Assembly (NCBI RefSeq): GCF_021869535.1
Contig: NW_026262684.1
Coordinates: forward strand, 1,798,001-1,862,000
From: Mytilus californianus
Lineage: Eukaryota
Reading direction: 5' to 3'
DNA length: 64,000 nt
Made by a program: the position numbers and the translations under genes. How positions within the stretch are numbered: the stretch's first letter is position 1; each line of letters opens with the position of its first letter. The notes below the pieces were generated by a model. It was given only the letters and a program-made list of their open reading frames with translations. It was not told the DNA's origin and ran no database searches. Shown here piece by piece: positions 49,187 through 60,360 of the stretch.

Positions 49187-49552
49187 GTTATATAACTCTT
49201 TAGGTGTTTATGTCTTATACATCCTTTGCTTTTAAATGTTTGAATTTAGGCATTCCTTATGAAGGTAAATCAAGAAAAGCGCATCGGACGTACGAAATTA
49301 ATTAAGTGGTTTTTTTTTCTTTCAATATTCTAGTGAAGATTTCATATTATTTTGAAGCGGTCACTTATTTATGTTTATCCTTTGTTTTGGTTATCGTAAA
49401 ATGTTTTTCATGGTAAATAACCATGTTGTGAATTTTGCATTTTTTATCTCCTATCACATATAAATAATATATTTTCAATTAATCCAACACAACTTACATT
49501 TTAATGGTCATATGATAAAATCAATAAGAATGATAAAATACGAATTTAATAC

Positions 49553-50885
49553 GTATTGAATTGGTGCATCCGAAGAGCTTTTCTAGATTTACCATCACCA
49601 GTAACGATCAAACACAAAACGTTTGAAAGCAAAGGATGAATTGATACCTGAATACGTAAGATGTTATATGACCGAAAAGCTCCGTAAAAGAATAAGTCGT
49701 TTGTATGAAATATAATTGTAATAGATCGTGGACTAAACGTCTATACATGTATGTACAGATTATGTTGTTTGACAACATATAGAGTGTTATATTGTATGTA
49801 TTACGCGAAAAACATGCATGTTTCATAAAATAAATTGCCTAATTAACACACACAAAATAAAGATAGAATAAAACCGAGATAAGAATCCGATATTGAATTA
49901 AAGTGTGCCCAAAAACATTTCTGACGGATTTAAGTATTGAGTGTTTGATTTCATTATATGACAAACAAAATCATTTTGAATAAAAAATGAAAAAGGATAA
50001 ATATTTCAATTATATATGAATAAATGATAAGTTTTATTTAGAATTGTATTTCAATAATGGTTTGTTAACACCGCATTATCAACAGATCAAAGCAAACATA
50101 AACATGGTATTTTACTTTTATCAAAATGTGCCAACTTAATCATGTTAATACTCATTTGCTTCCTAGACAATATTTACACCTATCTGTTTAATGTGGTATA
50201 CAGTAGGCTGATAATACGATAAAGTCAGTAGGAATGATAAAATCAGAATTTGACAGTTATTAAATTGATGCATCTGACGCGCTCTTCTGGATTTACCTTC
50301 ATCAGGAACGATCTAGAACAAAAAGTTTGAAAGCAAAGGATAAAGTGGTGCCTGAGTACGTGAGATATTGTGTGACCAAAACAGAAGCCCCATAAAAGAA
50401 TAAGTCGTTTATAAATAATTTAATTGTAATAGATAGTGTACTAAACGTCTATAAATGTATGCATCGATTATGTTATTTGACAACATATAAACTGTTATAT
50501 TTTATGTATTACGCGAAACACATGCATGTTTCATAAAATCAATTGCATAAGTAATACACAAAATAAAGATAGAATAGAACCGAGTTGAGAATCCGATATT
50601 GAATAAAAGTTAGCCCAAAAATTTGTCTGAAGGGATTTAAGTATTGAGTGTTTGGTCTAATTACATGACTAACAATAATCATTTTGCAATTAAAAAAAAA
50701 GATAAAAAGATAAATATTCAATTATATACGAATAAATGATCAGTCTTATTCAAAATTATATTTCAATAATGGTTTGTCAACACCTCATTTTCAAAGAAAA
50801 ATATGCCAACTTTATCATATCAATACTTATTTCTAGACGATATTCACACCTATCTAATTAATGTTGTATACTGAAGGCTGACAAT
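49553..50885. repeat. ~700-bp tandem duplication inside the intron of Met-rich gene 3
   Basis: 49553-50212 and 50258-50885 align along their length (aaaagaataagtcgttt, aacatgcatgtttcataaaat, gagaatccgatattgaat). Confidence 0.9.
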
Positions 50886-50900
50886 AAATTAATTTCTTAC

Positions 50901-50962
50901 CCGAGTTTTAACTAGGTGGCAGGTTGGTATCGATGGAAAGCCAGGGAAAGTTCTGCGATCGG
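50901..50962 (-). other. Non-coding exon 1 of Met-rich gene 3 (intron 48380-50900)
   Basis: Donor CTCGG|GTAAG, conserved leader sequence. Confidence 0.75.
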
Positions 50963-50979
50963 TTCAACCATCATTTGCC

Positions 50980-51024
50980 TATTTATACAATCTGAAGTTT
51001 TGCTAATAAAGCTCATTACGTAAT
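50980..51024 (-). promoter_or_regulatory. Promoter of Met-rich gene 3: TATAAATA plus ATTACGTAAT
   Basis: Canonical TATA box at the homologous position. Confidence 0.7.
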
Positions 51025-51376
51025 AAAACATATGTTTAATTAAAAATATGCCACGACATTATATCTCATCAAAAATATGTAATAGTCAATACACGATAAC
51101 CATGTCCGACACCTGTTTGTCATAAAATACATAATCTTTTCCATACCAAAACATGAACACTTTAATTGACACAGATATTTTGTAAGAGTTCATATGATGA
51201 CATGCTTCTTAGTTGACTTTTTATCCCATTGACATATTTCCCACAGCCTCATTTATTCATACAAATGTAAACGTTTTGTAGAAGTGTTCTAACTAGTAAT
51301 TATCTACATTAAAAGCCTTTTGATCCACATCATATTTAATCTCTGTTATTAAGGATTTAACAATTTCTAATCCAAG

Positions 51377-51459
51377 GAAGAACTAATATGGTAGTGCATG
51401 TAGTTGTTTGTTTTATGGAGAAAGGGGTGGCTATTGAATGTACGTTACAAAAACATGTG
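51377..51459 (+). pseudogene. Orphan copy of the same exon (83 nt, two stops)
   Basis: ccaag|g aag aac TAA tat ggt agt gca tgt ... TGA atg tac gtt aca aaa aca tgt g|gtaag; same length and splice sites as the functional exon. Confidence 0.8.
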
Positions 51460-52311
51460 GTAAGAAGTTAATGACACGCGACACAGAAACGTTCTCGCAT
51501 TGATTTTCCTTAAAACTGTGACACAAAATCCATTTTGATACTACTATTGAAATATGCAAAGACAAATATACATTCCTGAGTCCCTTTTCGAGGTACAAGT
51601 ATATCATTCTGATTTAGGCATGTTTTGGGTAAAAGCTATACACACAATCCATTTTGATACTTTTTGATATATTGTTTTGATAAGTATATCATTTTGATTT
51701 TGGCATGTTTTAGGTAAAAGTTAAAATTCATTATATCAATACTTCGTCAAAAAATTGCAAATTTCAAACAGAAAGATACATTTTCGTCAGTTTTTTGTTT
51801 TTTGTTTTTTTTTAGGGGGGTGGGAGTGTTCCATAGTTTTAGATTTTTTTTTTGCCAGTACACAATCAATTAATTGCGAGAAAATAGGAGTTACAAAACA
51901 CCCGTCAACATAAAAAAAAAACAGAAAAACTCATGTGTCAATGCTATAGATAAAAAATTGCATATTTTTTTGGCTCAAAATGACTTGTGCATAACAGGGT
52001 ATTGTCAGCATGCCTGCTCAATTACAACGTTATACGAGTTCCTGGAATTTATTGAAAAGTTTTGGTGACAAAAAAGTAATAATTTGTTGATTTAACTAAA
52101 GCCTAATGTTCAGAGTCGATTTTGTGTTCTTCATATAATAAAACATTTCTAATGACTAATGATTAGCATTTAATTACTTTGGTTTAAAACAGTTATGATT
52201 GCATCATAAAACCAATCAAAGTTATATTTTATTTTACTTGTGTGTTGCTATATTATCATAATATATGGAAGAAAATAACAAATATAATATATATAAATAA
52301 TAATAAAAATT

Positions 52312-52380
52312 GGCACGAGTTGGTAAAAATAGGATACGAGTTGGTGGAGTACGAATTGGCGAAGGTACGAGTTGTCGTGT
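52312..52380. repeat. Short minisatellite (acgagttg core, ~4 units)
   Basis: ggcacgagttgg, gatacgagttgg, gtacgaattgg, gtacgagttgt. Confidence 0.6.
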
Positions 52381-54259
52381 ACCCCCACAGTCGATTTTAT
52401 GTTCTTCCTGTTTTCATTTGAGTGCAACCAACAGTTTTCTTTTTGTGACGTCATATTTCGAAGGTCAATGCATAACAATCCTGAGTGGTGGTATCGTTGT
52501 ATATAAAGATACTTGTATAAAACTAGATATCACTTAAATCAGAATACTCCCAGGTTCAACCCACCATTTTTTCTTAAAATGTCCTGTCCCAAATCAGGAA
52601 TATGGCAGTTGTTATCAGACAGTCCGTTTCTATGTATGTTGGTGTTTGCTTTTGTTGTAGTTCGGTGTTTCAGTTGTTCTGTTGTTTTCCTCTTATAGTT
52701 GATGTTTTTAATCGATTTTAGTTTGCTACCCGGATTTGTATATGCTTATTCGGATTGTGACTATTGAACAGCGGTATACCACTGTCAATGACTGTTGCCT
52801 TTATTTATAATGAAATTAGAATAAAGTATAATATTAACATAACAAAAAACTCTACGAAAATGATATTCACTTTACGTTACTGCTCTGCCTGCGCCGGAGA
52901 GAGCTTCAAGGTGTTTCTTAAATTTTCCCTTAAAAAAAAGGAAGTTTACACAGTTGATTTCTTTATCAAAGGTATATCGTCACTAATTTTTTCATAATTT
53001 TAATTATTCACATGTTTATTGAAAGCTAGGTAACTATTTCTAATTATCAATTATAAAACACTTGATAATTTTGTACTTACGTATATAAACAGAGATTCTT
53101 CTCTATGTTTTTTTAAATATACGTAAATTATTTTGCCCTCGCCTTTTGCACATAAAATATTTTAAAATTTACATCAAATCACTTCAAATTTTTTTTTTTT
53201 AAATGCAAAAGGTAATGTTTTAATTAGCGCAGATAATCAAACAAAAGAAATATATTTAATTTCACGGAAGCCACAACTTAATCTAAATAACCAAATAACA
53301 AATATGTCATAAACTTACGAAGATCTATTCTGTCTCAGAGGACATGAAATCTTAAAAAAACAACAGGCTGATTTTGTTCACAATATTTTCCATAATGTAT
53401 AGATGTATTTTAATAATATTAAGAATAATGTAATCGCAACAATAGGAATAGGTGAATGGACCGGATAAACCTTAACAACGTTTTGTGAATTAACTACCAT
53501 CATCTTTAGTGTACAACTGTAATAACCGAGAAATAACACATATTTCTGCATGTAGCACATAAAACAAAAAACAAAAGACAACAGTAGTATACTGCTATTC
53601 AAAAGTAACAAATCGTAATACTGGCCAAGCAATTTCAAAAGAATGAAATTATGAATTCTTCTACTATTGTTTCCATTCATGTCCGTTCTCTCCCGAGAGA
53701 GTCTTATAATGAACAATCATATTATTAACCACATCTACGGAATTACATGAATGTATCAAGTGTTTTTTTTTTTATGTAAGGCCATCTATGAACATTTGAA
53801 TGTCCCTACTATGTGTTGGATACCTACACTACACACCACAAGCCGTCAAATATCGTTTAATCGCGTCTTCTAGTACATCACAGTGTTTAACTGTTTTCCA
53901 TACTTCTTTCAAAAGATTTTATTATTATAATGCATATGAAAGTAATGGAACTAATTTTTTTAGGAGGTTGAACAATTCTGTGTGTGTTTTAAATAATTAA
54001 GTGCGTTTAATGGTTCGCTCAATTTGATTGACAGCTACACCACACTTCCATTCAATCTTATCAAATAAATGTTTCCTATTTATTTGAATGGACCTTTGAA
54101 AAATTGAAAGCAAATGTATTTTCTGAAACTCATTTAAAGTCTTCTTCTTTAACATCTTAAACGAAAAATGTAAATATGATATAATTAGTAGAAGTGTGAA
54201 GAGAGGATAAAAGCTATAAAATTGATTCCTTGATAAAATTTATGTACGTTTCGATAATA

Positions 54260-54840
54260 ACGTTTATCGACAGGTTGAAGGCATTCCAATTGTGCCCATT
54301 TCATGGCAGATGACTCGTTCTGTATTTTCGTGTTTGTAGTGATCTCAATGAAAGAACAATTTTACTTTCCCTAGTAAATTGTTCTGTCAGGGATTTCGTG
54401 ACCATGAATTACTTAAAACGAGAGCCAATAGATGTAGATACGATCAATTTAGCCTTATCGATCAATTTGATTAACTTATTCTAAAGGGTTTTGAATTTAC
54501 CATTGTAATGAGAAATTTAATCAGTACTAAGATTAATTTTGTTATTGATAAATTAAAACATACTTAACTATGTGTTTCTATACATTCATGAACACTTCCT
54601 ACTTCCTGTCGATACTTATATTTTGGCATTGCACAGTTTCATCTTTTCTTAGACTGTTATTGCTTCTCCAAACTGAATCCAATGGATGTGTACTGATTGA
54701 TATTTTAGTCTAGGAAACATTATTTAGTTATCAGCTATAATATGCTTCCAACTAGTTATTAAAAACTGCGAATACTCTTAGATATATTCTTTGTGTCTGA
54801 AGTCTTTGTATTAGATGTATTTTCCTTTATGTCGATTTGA
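54260..54840 (+). mobile_element. Decayed PLE-like 3' part, paralogous to 33060-33720
   Basis: As above; tails also resemble 44150-44420 and 46220-46620. Confidence 0.45.
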
Positions 54841-54859
54841 TGATACAATAGAAGAAAGA

Positions 54860-55760
54860 ATGGAAACGGAGAATTCGTCAAAGCAACAATAACCCGACCA
54901 AAGAACAGAAAACAGCTCAAGGTCATCAATGGGTATTCAATGCAGCGAAAAATTTGGCTTCAACTGGCCTCTTAACAATAATGTTTACTAGTTCAGCGTT
55001 ATGGACGCCAAACTAAACTCCGGAACATACAAATGAATCAACTTTGAAAAAACACACACAAGACTAGTATTAACAAATGCTATAGGTTCCTAACTTTGGA
55101 CAGGCGCAAAAATGTGTCAGCGCCTGTTTCGTGAGATCTTAACCCTCCTCCTATACCTCTAGCATATATGGAATAAACAAACACACATTAAAACTCCGTT
55201 TAAAAGAAGTCCGAGTCCGATGTTAAAATAGGTAACAGGGGAAACTAAGCAAAATGACAATGCTAACATAATTTAACCAAGCACTACTAGCAATTACTGA
55301 CAGGCCAGCTCCTTACTTCAATTAAACTGATTAAACAATTATGTCTTCATCAAGTGAAAATCAACCACAATCCCTCCCGTTAGGGTTTAGTATCATGTCA
55401 TCAAAAGTAATACGAGAAGAACATAACTCGTATCATGTCAACAACTGGTTTTAGAATAAATGTGTTTATTTCCGATGCAAAGACCCTGTGAGTGAATCAA
55501 TATAAATTTCAAAAAATGCCTTCCTTAATGAGTTGACAACAGTATCGTAACCATATTCCTTGTGTGAATAAGTCTATTTAAGGGTTAGGTTAGATTAAGA
55601 GGTGAATGATGACATTTTTGCGCTTTGCATAGAATATTACCATAAAAGATTGGATGTGAAACACCTGAACGTATAAGATGCCTGCGCGTAAACCTATATT
55701 TACGAATGACGTCCTTGTAGCGATGATAAAATTAAGTTCAAGTTTGACAATACGTTGTTA
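54860..55760 (+). mobile_element. Long dispersed repeat of unknown class
   Basis: Its start matches 27880-27925, and 55315-55400 matches 8160-8240 inverted. Confidence 0.5.
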
Positions 55761-55849
55761 CATACACGTTGTGTATAAGCCTTTTTCAACTTAATTTTGG
55801 ATTTTGTTCCTATGATGTACTATTACACAGCTGCCCAAGCTTGAGGTAG

Positions 55850-56172
55850 GGTTGAGATCCCCAAGCATGTTAAACCTCGCAGCATTATGTATTTGTCTGT
55901 CCGGTGTCAGGAGCCTGAAATACAGAGTTTCTTATTGGTTGCTGTTTGTCATATATATTTTTCGTTTTTTGTACATAAAGCAGGCTGTTCTCGTTAGAAT
56001 TGTTTTACAATTTGTCAAATCAGTACAATCAATGTAAAGCTTACTTTACGGTATGGATTTTTCTCATTTTTGAATGCCATACATTGAATTATAGTTATTT
56101 GCATGTACGTCATCTGGTCCTTGGTTGATAGTTGTCTTATTTGCATGCACACCAAAGCTTCTTATCTTATAT
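55850..56172 (+). mobile_element. Dispersed repeat family Y (degenerate)
   Basis: Paralogous to 33810-34088. Confidence 0.6.
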
Positions 56173-58428
56173 ATAAGCAGGATGTGAGTACCCTGTGTAC
56201 GCACATTGACTCACTTCATTTTGAAGTCAACACACTCAAACTGGTATTAAGTGTATCGTTTCTTGAATAAACTACATTATATAGTGGATTGTAACTTGCA
56301 AATATAGACAATCATACAGCATACATATTATATGTACTAATTAGAAAAGGTGATGTGCCAATCTAACTAAATTGCAAATAAATTGTAATGATGGAACGTG
56401 ATTGAAAGATGTCTGACCACGGGTCGAGTCATTCTATATTTTTTGTTAATTTCATAAGAGTTAATTAAGGAAAATGGTATCGAGGGAAGATATAAGCAGC
56501 ATAATTCGAAGAAAGCTAAACGACACGATGACAAAAAACCATACAGACAACTCCTAGTATACAAAATAGTGCACAGGTGACAATACGAACATCATTTTAA
56601 GCATGTGGAGGATACCAAAATTACACTCCCAATTTGTAAGTGATGAATAATTCTCTCATATGCAGAATATATCCACCTTGTAACTTGAGACATTCATTGT
56701 CGAAATGGGCATCTGGTGCAGAAAAATGTGTACCGTTATATGTGACTACTTCCACTGGGTCGATCCCTCTGATGGTGGACTGTTAGTCATTGAGGTTATC
56801 ACCAGCCCAATAGCCATTACTTTGCTACTGGCATGAAAATACGGATTTTGTTTTTTAGAATATGCTGTTACAATACTTTGGAAATTAATTTGAATTAAGG
56901 AATATATCTCCCTCATGCAACATTTTATGCAAAGCTCTGATTCCTTGCCCGAATTTTTTTTTTTTTTTTTTTTTATTTTGGTTCTTTTTGGTTTATAAGC
57001 TTTTCTTTGTTTTGATATGCTTTGAGTTTTCAAATATTTTGACCTCGAGCATCACTGAAGAGACATTTTTTGTCGAAATGTGCACCTGGTGCAGATATAT
57101 TGGTACCGTAAAATGTTATTTCATCAACCGGAATGAGCATAGACTTAAATTATCTTTAAGCGGTAGATGTTTTAATATTAAGCTCACTCAGCGAGAGAAG
57201 CTAATCTACTTCATTCCCATTTGTGTGACTTTCAATATTTCTCATTTTTTTACAATGTACATCTAGTAACTGATACAAGTAAATAACACTCTGTCATCAG
57301 TATTATCGCCAGCGGGTCATTTTTGCCATTAACGAAATTTATAAAAGTATAAATAATAATTGTACGACATTTTACAATGCAACAAGTTTATGAACAGTTT
57401 AGCACCACAACATGTGTCATAATTTGTTTTTACAGGTAATCCGCTTATCTGATGGGTCATTAATGATCATCAAAACTAATTCATACAAATAGAATCTGTC
57501 AGTCGCCATTAATCATTTCGAATTTAAGAAATTTTTCAGACGACTACACAATTTGCAGCGTTTACCGTAGTTTCATGATGAAAACGTTGTTGACGGAAAG
57601 ACAAAAACAGTCATGAATTTGAATTCTGTTAAAATTGTTAAATTTTGATGTATTCTGTCTTTGCCTGTTCTCACTTTTGGTGAGAAATAAAAAAAACGGT
57701 TGCCATTGATTGTATTCACTTCTACTGTAAACAATTCTCCGAAGAGGTAGGAACACACCCTAATCCAAGAAAGATACCTTTATTTATACCAGTTTTTCCT
57801 AGTATTGAAAGACCTACTTAAGATTTGTCTACACACTTCTGACTTAAGAACTTGTAGGTTTAAGGGGTCTTTTGATTTATGATGTAAAATTAAGAGGGTC
57901 TTAGCAGAGGGTTAGGGAAAGGGAAGTCGTCATTTTCTGTATTCTTTATTTTTTTATCCAAATTTTCTGTATTTGTATCTTTAAGCACACGTTATTTTCT
58001 CTTTTTCATTTTGTTGCCTATTTGTCTCTAATCGTTATTTTAGGTTCTAAACCATTTTCTCTATTCTGTAGCATATACAGACCATTAGCTGATTATGAAG
58101 ACTGAACGTACAAAAAATCATTATATTAGTCACACTAGTCCCTGTTTTGAGACATAACAATCAAAACCAGCACATGCAATCTTTTAAAGAAAAACAGCTG
58201 TTTTGTTTAATCTTTATTGTTATCTTTGTATTTGTATACTAATGAAATACAGAAAAAGAAAATGAAGGTACACATGTTTTTTTCATGTATTTAACCCTAT
58301 GCAAAAACTACCTCAGTCCTATCATGTGAAGCTGCTACCCAGGAAAAGTCTTTTTGTCTGATCTCGAAGTAGTGACTTAAGCCCTCAAGATTCTAGCTTA
58401 AATCCTGATGTTATGAATGAAATCTATA

Positions 58429-58434
58429 TTTATT
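58429..58434 (-). terminator. Polyadenylation signal, Met-rich gene 4
   Basis: AATAAA on the - strand at the homologous position. Confidence 0.55.
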
Positions 58435-58501
58435 TTAATATTATCTACATCTGCTTTAAAATTATATAATATGTAAATATTCATCAGTTCAAAAGGTTTG
58501 T

Positions 58502-59287
58502 CTAGTAACCTCCTTTTTTCATTGGCATTGGTTTCATCATTTCCATTGGCATTGGTTTCATCATTGGCATGGGCATTGGTTTCATCATTTCCATTGGCAT
58601 TGGCTTCATCATTTCCATTGGCATTGGTTTCATCATTTCCATGGGCATTGCTTTCATCATTTCCATTGGCATCATTTTAGGCATCATTTCCATTTTCATT
58701 GGCATCATTTCCATCATTTTCATTGGCATCATTTCCATTTTTGGCATCATTTCCATCATTTTCATAGGCATCATTTCCATCATTTTTGGCATCATTTCCA
58801 TCATTTTAGGCATCATTTCCATTTTCATTGGCATCATTTCCATCATTTTTGGCATTCCCATCATTTCTTTCATTTTCATCATTTCCATCATCTTTCCTTT
58901 CATTTCCATCTTTCCTTTCATCTCCATCATTTCTTTCATTTTCATCATGTCCATCATTTCTTTCATTTTCATCATTTCCATCATTTTACCCTTCATTTCC
59001 ATCATCGGCATCATTTTCATCATCTCCATTTTACCTTTCATTTCCATCATTGGCATCATCTTCATCATTTCCATCATCGGCATCATTTCCATTTTACCTT
59101 TCATTTCCATCATTGGCATCATCTTCATCATTTCCATCATCGGCATCATTTCCATCATTTTCATCGGCATCATTTCCATCATCATTGGCTTCATCGGCAT
59201 CATTTCCATCGGTGGTGGCATCATTTTCATCATACCGGCGTTTACGCTAGCCAATATGGCAGCAGTTGCAAGCAAGATAAAAGCCAT
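58502..59287 (-). CDS. Secreted methionine-rich repetitive protein 4 (261 aa), divergent paralog
   Basis: MAFILLATAAILASVNA-GMMK after acceptor tttttag|gtttc (59307); lacks the GG block and the KPD repeats, has MEMMKPMP repeats; ends KKGGY. Confidence 0.92.
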   Translation of the reverse strand: MAFILLATAAILASVNAGMMKMMPPPMEMMPMKPMMMEMMPMKMMEMMPMMEMMKMMPMMEMKGKMEMMPMMEMMKMMPMMEMKGKMEMMKMMPMMEMKGKMMEMMKMKEMMDMMKMKEMMEMKGKMEMKGKMMEMMKMKEMMGMPKMMEMMPMKMEMMPKMMEMMPKMMEMMPMKMMEMMPKMEMMPMKMMEMMPMKMEMMPKMMPMEMMKAMPMEMMKPMPMEMMKPMPMEMMKPMPMPMMKPMPMEMMKPMPMKKGGY

Positions 59288-60235
59288 GTTTTGAGATACG
59301 ACGAAACCTAAAAAAAACACAAAGCACACGTTATAAATCGAATATGTAAGTTAGTCAAGCATGCATAGTCTTTGATTAAAATTTATAATCAAATTTTAAT
59401 GCCGATGAATCCATAAATAAGAACTTGTAATGGAAAGGGTGGTCATGGTTTGTTTAAACAATATATACAATGGGTCTGGAAAATTTTTATCTTTTATCAA
59501 TATACGCTTTTCCATTTAACCTCAAACATAAACCAGCATTTAGACGTCCTTCCAATGTGACACTTTTCACAATCTTTTAATTAAAAATCCAAGTACCAAA
59601 TCTAGTTTTTGGTGTTAGATAACTTACTCAGTAGGAAAAACATTGGAGAGGTTGCACATTTTTATAAGGTCGTTTACATGAAACACAATTGTATTCGATC
59701 GAGAACTAAACGTATATGAATGTAAGTAGAAATTATGTAATTTAAAACATATGAGCTGTTATATTGTAAATAGTATGCGCATAACATGCATCTTTGACAT
59801 TAATAAATTGCATGATTATAACCAATTGACAAAGAGGGAACTCAGATCAGAAATATGCCCCATAAATTTTATAAAAGGTCATTTTACAATGTTTCAAGTT
59901 GTGAGTGTTTGATTTTATGACAAATAATGACAAATAATAATTGTTTTTTAGCACCTCATAATTCGAAATTACAAAATATTATTGAATAAAGATTCAATCA
60001 TATATTAATAGTTAATTACTCTTAAAAACTTATATTCAAGAAAAATGTACTCTGTATTTCATTTGTTTTATATTCATGACTATTCTTTTAGATATTTTAT
60101 ATAATTATTTTTTAGCATTTTACTTTAACTGAAACATGCTAACTATATGCGTATATATGCTTTTTAGCTGACTGTAACATCTATTCAATGTATGTGTTAT
60201 AGTGACAACTGTTAATAGTTTAATAATTTTCTTAC

Positions 60236-60297
60236 CTGAGTTTTAACTAGATGGCAGGTTGGTATCGATGGGAAGCCAAGGAAAGTTCTGCGATCGC
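60236..60297 (-). other. Non-coding exon 1 of Met-rich gene 4 (intron 59308-60235)
   Basis: Donor CTCAG|GTAAG, conserved leader sequence. Confidence 0.75.
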
Positions 60298-60313
60298 TTC
60301 AACCATCATTCGC

Positions 60314-60360
60314 CTATTTATCCAATTTGTTATTTTTGCTAATTAGGCTCATTGCGTAAC
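60314..60360 (-). promoter_or_regulatory. Promoter of Met-rich gene 4: GATAAATA plus variant element attgcgtaac
   Basis: Homologous to the other three promoters, with substitutions. Confidence 0.55.
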
